From: Zygnema circumcarinatum SAG 698-1b
Lineage: Eukaryota > Plantae > Zygnematophyceae
Assembly: GCA_037447605.1 (NCBI GenBank)
Contig: JBBHKD010000078.1
Location: forward strand, 1-5,972
Reading direction: 5' to 3'
DNA: 5,972 nucleotides
This document shows positions 1 to 5,745 of this stretch, one piece after another. Numbering within the stretch: the first letter of the stretch is position 1; each line of letters opens with the position of its first letter. Position numbers and translations under genes: made by a program. The notes below the pieces were generated by a model. It saw nothing but the letters and a program-made list of their open reading frames with translations, was not told the DNA's origin and ran no database searches.

Positions 1-1110
1 CAACCTGGTTTTGAATTGGTTGAACTCTGGGTTATCTTTGTTTTTGACCCCGGTTTTGTTGTGGGTGGGTGGTTGTAGGTCTGTTGTGGCTCATGTTGAT
101 GATGGTGATCTTCCGTTTCAGGTTGCATTGCGTGACGCCCATGGTTTGCTTCTGCTAGTGCTTTTCGGTACCGTGCGCCCCAGGTTTGTTTAAACTGCTT
201 GAGTAAATTACGTACGTGTCGACTCACTTTTGGCCAGTAAGGGTTATTTCTTAAGCTGAGAGTTCTCTACCCTTATTGCGGCTCTTCCTTCGATTATTTC
301 TTGGCGTGCTGGCAGCTCTTATGCGGGTCCTGGAAATTTTGGGGCTTGGTTGCATTTTACCCATTACCCGTCCTTTTCCACGCCGTTTTGACCCGGGCCG
401 GTTTATTTCATGTGGTATGTTCCGTCTCGGGCTCCCCATCCGCCATTCGCGGGGGTTCTCCTCGTTGTGTTTGTGGTGATTCGATTGATCGCGGGGCGTT
501 CATCTGCGCCGATATTATTGCACCTGCGAGGCGAGCGCGTACGGCTCATAATGTTGTCGCGCCAATCACGTTCGCTGCTTGATTGGCTCAAGAAGCTAAC
601 TACCTTACAATGCGGCGGGGCCGAGCCACCTGTAGTGTCCCCATGACGACTATTAGGTGGCGGCCTTGAGTTAAATACGATTTGGCTCTTATGGATGGTG
701 CGTATTTTTGGGGATATTGTGTTGGCCGATCCAACTGACCATAATTTATTGTCACATTGACACATCATGAAGGCGTGGCTGCTGGCGTCGCGACCCCTTC
801 GCCAAGGAAGCGTGCACGCCCAGCCTTCACCGTGATGCGGCGGCGAGTTTGTTCCTATGGCTATTGAGATTTTTGGGCGCCTGCGACACGTTTGGATACC
901 TTCCTTAGCGGTCGCCCATCGCTCTTTTCGAGATGCCTGCGGCCCGGAAGCCCTCCTCCGGCGATCTTGGCTACCTTTGATCGACACCGTATTTCGGTCG
1001 CCCTTCGGCGTTGCCTGCGCTTACGCTTCGCCGGCGTCTTTGCAGTTGTTAGTGACGCGTTGGTGAACTCCGCCCGCTCCCTCCTCGCGACGTGCCTCAC
1101 ATCGGTGACC

Positions 1111-2078
1111 TGTTGAAGTAGGGGTTTGCTCCCCACTTCCGGCGCCACCTTGGGTGTCGCCCTCCATTGGAACTTGAGTTCCCGCGGACAAGACATTCAA
1201 ACACTCAAAGCTCTATCTTACTTCACTCATAAGCCCATAACAACGGAATGAAGCTACAAGACAAGCACAGCGGAAATCACAATGAGAGAGTGTTACGAGA
1301 AAGCTCACGGCTCTAAAACTCCTTATAATAAAACTGTCTTCCCACAATGAAGTTCTCCCACTACTTCAAGGTCCCTCTCACTCACTACCTCACGACACAA
1401 GTTTAGGCAGCCTAGCAGCACTAGCAGGCACAGAATAAGACCCGAGACTATGAAAAAGTAGTGTGGGTGGGTTACTTCCATAATAAAACTATGCACTATA
1501 TAATATGGCGTCTGTGACGTGACACACATGTCACGTCGCGTCCGCCATTGCAAACCCATGCACTTGAGTGAGGTAGGCACTTTCCGGGAATAGCGGTTTC
1601 GGCTAAAATTTGCCTCGTAAACCTCACGGCGACCTAGTTCTTGTCGGCTCGTACACTGTCGCGTCTGATTTTAGCCGTTTCGCCCGGCGCTCCTTCGATC
1701 TTAGCCGCCGACACCTGCGGCGGAGTACACACTTTCGAACTTCGCGGACCCACATTGCGAGTGGTCCGCGTCGCGCATTCGGTTGTAGCCAAAATATATC
1801 TTAATATGGTTTCAGCGCCAACTTTAGCGGCTCAGCGTTCAGCGCCAGCGCCCGCGTACAAATCAAAGTTAAATCCGTTCTCTCCAGCGCACATGTGTCG
1901 GCGCCAATGTCAGCCGCCGCTTCGTTAGGTACTCCAGCGCACTTCGCGGCCTCACATGGTCGAGCACGGCGTTCCTAAATCTAAGAGCACTTCGCTGCTT
2001 GATCTCATGTTCTACAAAGTACCACAACAAGTTAGTGTGTGCCATACAATGTCTAACTATCATACACTAACACTAACA
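1111..2078 (-). mobile_element. Putative 3' LTR (~968 bp) of a minus-strand LTR retrotransposon, Ty1/copia-like boundary
   Basis: On the minus strand it begins TGTTAG at 2078, right after a purine tract, and can end TTCAACA at 1111, giving a TGTT...AACA terminal inverted repeat. It contains palindromes, a TATA-like TATTATATAG (1496-1505) and a T/G-rich distal part typical of R/U5. The right boundary is well supported. The left boundary could instead be 1151 (see findings). No partner LTR is present in the window. Confidence 0.55.
1496..1548 (-). promoter_or_regulatory. TATA-like box next to a 44-bp palindrome containing two ACGT cores
   Basis: Plus strand CTATATAATA (1496-1505) abuts ATGGCG-TC-TGT-GACGTGACA-CACA-TGTCACGTC-GCG-TC-CGCCAT (1505-1548). 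The position inside the LTR-like segment fits a U3 promoter. Confidence 0.45.
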
Positions 2079-2079
2079 A

Positions 2080-2089
2080 TCCCCCTCTT
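2080..2089 (-). other. Polypurine tract (plus-strand primer site)
   Basis: The minus strand reads AAGAGGGGGA-T-TGTTAG: a 10-nt purine run, a 1-nt spacer, then TG. This is the classic PPT/3'-LTR junction (plus strand ctaacaatccccctctt). Confidence 0.6.
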
Positions 2090-2148
2090 GGGACTCAGTT
2101 CCTCATGGGCCCTAGCCCAATCAATCTGCTGTTCACTAGTAGTGTCTC

Positions 2149-3488
2149 TGTAGCGAAACGCTACAGTCACCCCAAGGGGGAAGGGTTACTTAGGGCCCGG
2201 CGTGGCTTTATGTTTTCATCCAATGCAGTACCTAACGGTTAGGGCATCGGATACCCTATAGGACCACGGAGGTCCTAGGTTGAGCAAGTAGGCCTTTGGT
2301 TCCTGCGTGGGGGGAGCACCACATAGTCGCGGTCGCCCCACACGTGACAGGTCCCCTCCTGGCTTAAGGAGGTCAGGGGAATTCACCAGAGCTTTCTGGG
2401 ACCAATCGGTCCAGCGATTGGATCTCGGGCATGGCAGTCCCAGAGTCGCCCGTTCGTCCAGGTACAATTCACGGGTACGTTGATGCAGACGGTATGTCGA
2501 ACCGCGTAGCGCATGAGATCAGCCAGGTGTTCTGCCCAGCGTCTGGCCGGCCCAGCGCCCTTTACATCGCCCGGCCCAGCCATGAAATACGGTGGCGTTA
2601 AATGCGTTATGCGCTTCGACCCATTGAATGGGGGAGGAACAAATGGCGGTTGCCATTGGGCGACCACCACTTCCAATCCTCCATCTTCGGTAGGAGGTTC
2701 AGCGGGGAAGCGTAAAGAGGCGTGGGTATTTATGCGTCACCCAACCGGCATCTCTGGCATTCAGTTTTGACGAGGGGCTGCGCCCACCCTCGGAAGCTCT
2801 CTCTCTCTCTCTCTCTCACGCCCTCCTCATTGAACTTCAGTCTTTGGTGTGTGATTCCGCCCTTGAGGCCCGGCGTTTTTGATTTATTACATTGAGTATG
2901 GCGAGAGCCGGGTTCGCGGCCTTCTCTTTTGTGTGAGAGAACACCAGCGGGTCATAGTGAACCACTTTCAGCAGGGCCGGGAGGACGGGAGCCCACCGGG
3001 GCGCCACCTCCACCACTGTCCCTCGGGGCGGTGATGGAGGGAAGAACTTCGAGGCTAGTCCACTATGGAGGGCCGGTCAGAGCCTGAGATGACCAAGATG
3101 CATCCGGTGGCTAGCGCCCACCCTCCCGGCGTCACGGGGTAGGCGGCTCGGCAGACATCGCCGATCCCATGGTCGGGGCCCACATCCGCGGTAGGCGTCT
3201 ACGAAGATGAAGAAGAGGATCGGCAGGCTGGGGAGGCGGATGCCAAGCGGCCGGTAGCGTCGCCCTGCCTTTGTCAGAGGCGGTGGAGCTGACATGGAGC
3301 TCGCAGTCCGCCGCTGAGGTGGACAGCTCCAAATGGAGTTCGGGGCCTTTGGACGAGCTCACGGGGATCGAGGAAGGTATGCCCCGAACCCCCCCTCAGG
3401 CTGTAGAGGCAGTGGATGCAGCAGGTCCTGGGGAAGGGGTTAGGCAAATCACTCCGGTAGCGTCGTGCATCCCGGCGTAACCCGGTAC
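2149..3488 (+). mobile_element. LTR-like copy A (related to copy B; orphan or interrupted)
   Basis: Starts TGTAGC and is homologous to copy B end to end. It ends ...taacccggtac, versus ...taaccggctac in B. The 5-bp flanks (gtctc / gccga) do not match, so there is no clean target-site duplication. Confidence 0.55.
2797..2817 (+). repeat. (CT)10 microsatellite in copy A
   Basis: Direct reading. The homologous position in copy B carries (CT)7. Confidence 0.95.
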
Positions 3489-3495
3489 GCCGAAA

Positions 3496-4795
3496 TGTAG
3501 CTGGCAGCTCTGATCACCCCAGGGGAAGAGGTTACTTAGGGCGGCGTGGCACATGTTTCCATCCAATGCGGTACTAGCGGTTGGGGCAGCCGGATACCTA
3601 CTATGGGACCACGGAGGTCTAGGTTGGTAAGTAGAAGCGCGTGGGGGGCACCACGCATAGTCACGGTCGCCCCACACGGCGACCAAAAGGTCCCCTCCTG
3701 CGGCTTAAGGGAGGGATTGGGGATTAAAACCCGCGGGACCAATCGGTCCAGCGATTGAATCTCGGGCATGGCCCGGATCCCCCGGAATTCGCCGTTACGT
3801 CAGGTACGAATTCACGGGTACCGTTAGTGCAGACAGTAACTTCGTGTCGAACCGCGTAGCGTAGGATCCAGCAGATGCATTAATACTTGGCCCGGCGCGC
3901 AGCGTCGCGGCCCAGCGCCCAGCCAGAATCTGTTGATGGCGTTAGATGCGTTGTACACCTGCGGCCCATTGGTCGAGAGAGGTTTTAACGTGTGATGCGC
4001 CATTGGAGCCGGCCACCTTCCAATCCTCCATCTTTGGTAGGAGGTTACCGTGAGCGTAAAGGGGGCGTGGGTATTTGTCGTCCGCAACCAACATCTGCGG
4101 CATTCGGTTGCACCCACGCACTGAAACGCGCGACCCTCGAAGCTCTCTCTCTCTCTGAATCCCTCCCGGGCGTCGAACTCTGTTTTCGAGTCGCGTTGAT
4201 TCAGCGTAAATTTGGCCGGATCTCGGTATTACATTGGTATCGAGCAGCGTTCGCGACCTTCTCTTCAACCGAGAGAACTGCGGGTCATAGTGACCGCCGC
4301 GCCCGGGCGGAGGGACGGGGCCGGGGCCGCCACCTCCCTCCGGATTCCGGGGCGAGGAGATGGAGAGAGAACTTCGCGTCACATGGAGGGGCCGAGTCGA
4401 GCCCGCAGTGATCAAGGTCCTGCCCGGAGACCACCACGCCCCTCCCCACGCGGCGGGGCGTGACCGTGGCCTCAAACGTTTTGCCGCGTCGGGGCCCACA
4501 TCACACCGTGGTAGCCCGGCCCGGAAGATGAGGATTGAGAGTCGGGGAAGCCGTGAGGCGAGCATTAGGCTCGTTAAAGGCTGCTCAGGAAGGTGGACGA
4601 CATGGAGCTCATGATCCGGCCAGATGCGGTGGACACGCTCAAATGGAGTTCAGACCTTTTCGGACCGGGGCTCAGAATCCCGAAGAAGGTATGCCCCGAA
4701 CCCCAGTTTTGTAGGGGTGGATGCGGTCTGGGGAAGGGGGTTAGAAGCAGGCTCTCTCGGTAGCGTGAAGTACATCCGCGACGCTAACCGGCTAC
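3496..4795 (+). mobile_element. Putative 5' LTR (~1300 bp) of a Ty3/gypsy element (copy B)
   Basis: Starts TGTAGC and ends GCTAC, one base short of the inverse GCTACA. It is followed directly by a TGG-initial PBS-like motif and then gag. It contains clustered CCAAT boxes, a GC-box/TATA-like block and a CT tract in U3-R-like order. Confidence 0.65.
4143..4156 (+). repeat. (CT)7 microsatellite in copy B
   Basis: Direct reading. Confidence 0.95.
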
Positions 4796-4810
4796 TGGCG
4801 GCGGCGAGAT
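4796..4810 (+). other. Primer-binding-site-like motif (tRNA-Leu-like architecture, CCA-pairing TGG apparently lost)
   Basis: TGGCGGCGGCGAGAT lies immediately after the LTR-like end. It parses as T + 7-nt acceptor complement + 5-nt T-stem complement (GCGAG) + AT. It matches the last 15 nt of the tRNA-Leu PBS TGGTGGCAGCGGTGGGAT (recalled from memory) at 12/15, and all three differences are transitions. Confidence 0.45.
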
Positions 4811-4903
4811 CCGGGCCCCTGGTTTTCCACCAGTCACCAGGGGTGGCGAACCACCAGCGATGGGGACCCGTCGAGAGCGTGGCGGCGGCCCGGAGAAGGG
4901 TCG

Positions 4904-5745
4904 ATGCGGGGCTGCTCCCCGCAACCTCTTGGCGAGGTACCCGGCGAGGTCCGGGCCAGAGGTGGCCTGCTTTCCTTTTGGGAGGCAAATACCCCACCGG
5001 TTGCTTTCGATTGGCAGCGTGGATTTGGAGTCAAGCGAAGGGGCTACCGCCCGGCGACCAACATCCCCCCTCGATGGGTAAGCTTTGCTTACCCAGCACT
5101 CAGAGGAGCCGCATACCGTGTGTATGAGGGTCTCTCTGATGAGATTGGGGACGATTGGGATAAGTTTAGAGATGAACTTATCAAACACTTTGGGGCCCTG
5201 GATCCCGGATTGGAGGCCCGGGATAAATTTCAGAACATGGTCCAAACCCGGCGTGGCGGGTTTACGCGAGGACACGCGTGATGCCCAAATCACCTCCACA
5301 AAGCACAGACCCGGGCTGAGGTTCTTTTCACTTTAGGAATGGCACGGCCTGAGGGGCGACTAAGAACTAACCCACGGACTCACGGCGAGTGGACCGGCTG
5401 ACTTCAAAGGCATTGCTTTGATGCAGCCATTCGGTACGGACACGCCCACTGCGGGCGATCTTGAGGCCCTTCCAGAACTTGGCGAGGTGGGCGTCGACAG
5501 AGATTAAAATTGAAGGGACCCTCGGCTCTGCCAATGGCGAGGGAAAGGGCTCTATGGAAGCGGCCGGAGTATTTTGCGAAAGCCCCTCCAACTTACCTGA
5601 CGCGAGTTGACTCGCGAGGAGGAAATGGAGATACGGGAGAACAAAGTGACTGCGCTGCAGGGGCACAGGCCCGTGATTGCCCTCCCCGAACACCAAGGAC
5701 AAGAAGGGCAAGGGGCCGGAAAACCCCAACCCACCAGCAGCTTAG
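4904..5745 (+). pseudogene. gag: Degenerate Ty3/gypsy gag (Retrotrans_gag-like capsid core plus broken CCHC zinc knuckle)
   Basis: 5075-5245 encodes WVSFAYPALRGAAYRVYEGLSDEIGDDWDKFRDELIKHFGALDPGLEARDKFQNMVQ, matching the L-x-G-x-A...W-x-x-F...F...AR-x-x-L-x-x-L-x-Q pattern of retrotransposon gag. Downstream pieces sit in shifting frames: FHFRNG, RPE, DAAIRY, then LTREEEMEIRENKV..LRC..GH(x)ARDCP at 5607-5683 (CX2CX4HX4C remnant), ending KDKKGKGPENPNPPAA* with TAG at 5743-5745. There are several frameshifts and stops. The true start is unclear. Confidence 0.8.

Larger units (their letters stand above)
2149..4795 (+). repeat. Diverged direct tandem duplication of a ~1.3 kb unit (period 1347 bp at the left end)
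   Basis: Colinear exact blocks are shared across the whole length. Examples: GGGACCAATCGGTCCAGCGATTG 2398-2420 = 3735-3757; TGTCGAACCGCGTAGCG 2495-2511 = 3845-3861; CTTCCAATCCTCCATCTT 2670-2687 = 4017-4034; GCGGGTCATAGTGA 2947-2960 = 4280-4293; GTCGGGGCCCACATC 3172-3186 = 4488-4502; GAAGGTATGCCCCGAACCCC 3373-3392 = 4685-4704. Overall identity is roughly 65-75% by eye, with many small indels. Confidence 0.95.

Noticed and set aside
403-987. 194-aa minus-strand ORF; HAFMMCQCDNKLWSV faintly recalls the copia gag N-terminus
   Set aside because: The resemblance is only a few residues, with no downstream gag motifs in any frame. The rest is low-complexity R/S/T-rich sequence.
861-1196. Minus-strand ORF with RKRRQRRR, similar to the HIV Tat basic motif
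   Set aside because: It crosses the inferred LTR boundary, has no Cys-rich or other Tat features, and Arg runs arise easily in GC-rich frames.
1323-1580. 85-aa ORF with a transmembrane-like hydrophobic stretch
   Set aside because: It lies within the T/G-rich part of the LTR-like segment, which produces L/V/C/F codons by composition alone.
2764-2800. Hammerhead-like TTGACGA...GGAA in copy A (retrozyme idea)
   Set aside because: The core is not CTGANGA/GAAA, stem II is out of register, and the motif is absent from copy B. I found no convincing hammerhead or HDV-like ribozyme by eye.
3271-3480. Short ORFs inside the tandem units (also 2513-2770, 3992-4411, 4360-4614)
   Set aside because: Reading frames are not preserved between copies A and B, because indels are not multiples of three. 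Conservation there is non-coding.
3770-3779. GGCCCGGATC is complementary to 4808-4817, suggesting Tf1-style self-priming
   Set aside because: It lies far upstream of the predicted transcription start, is not conserved in copy A, and a 10-nt match in GC-rich DNA is plausible by chance.
3942-4565. Longest ORF in the window (207 aa, minus strand)
   Set aside because: It is an R/G/P-rich shadow ORF with no recognisable domain and no equivalent open frame in copy A.
2149-4795. CRISPR array, rRNA/tRNA gene or Pol III SINE as the explanation for the repeats
   Set aside because: There are no short regularly spaced identical repeats, no cloverleaf or rRNA signature sequence, and no intact A/B boxes.
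4831-4848. CAGTCACC..AGGGG resembling the start of a third repeat unit
   Set aside because: Similarity is limited to about 13 nt, lacks the TGTAGC start and does not continue. It is better explained as one arm of the 4816-4843 stem.
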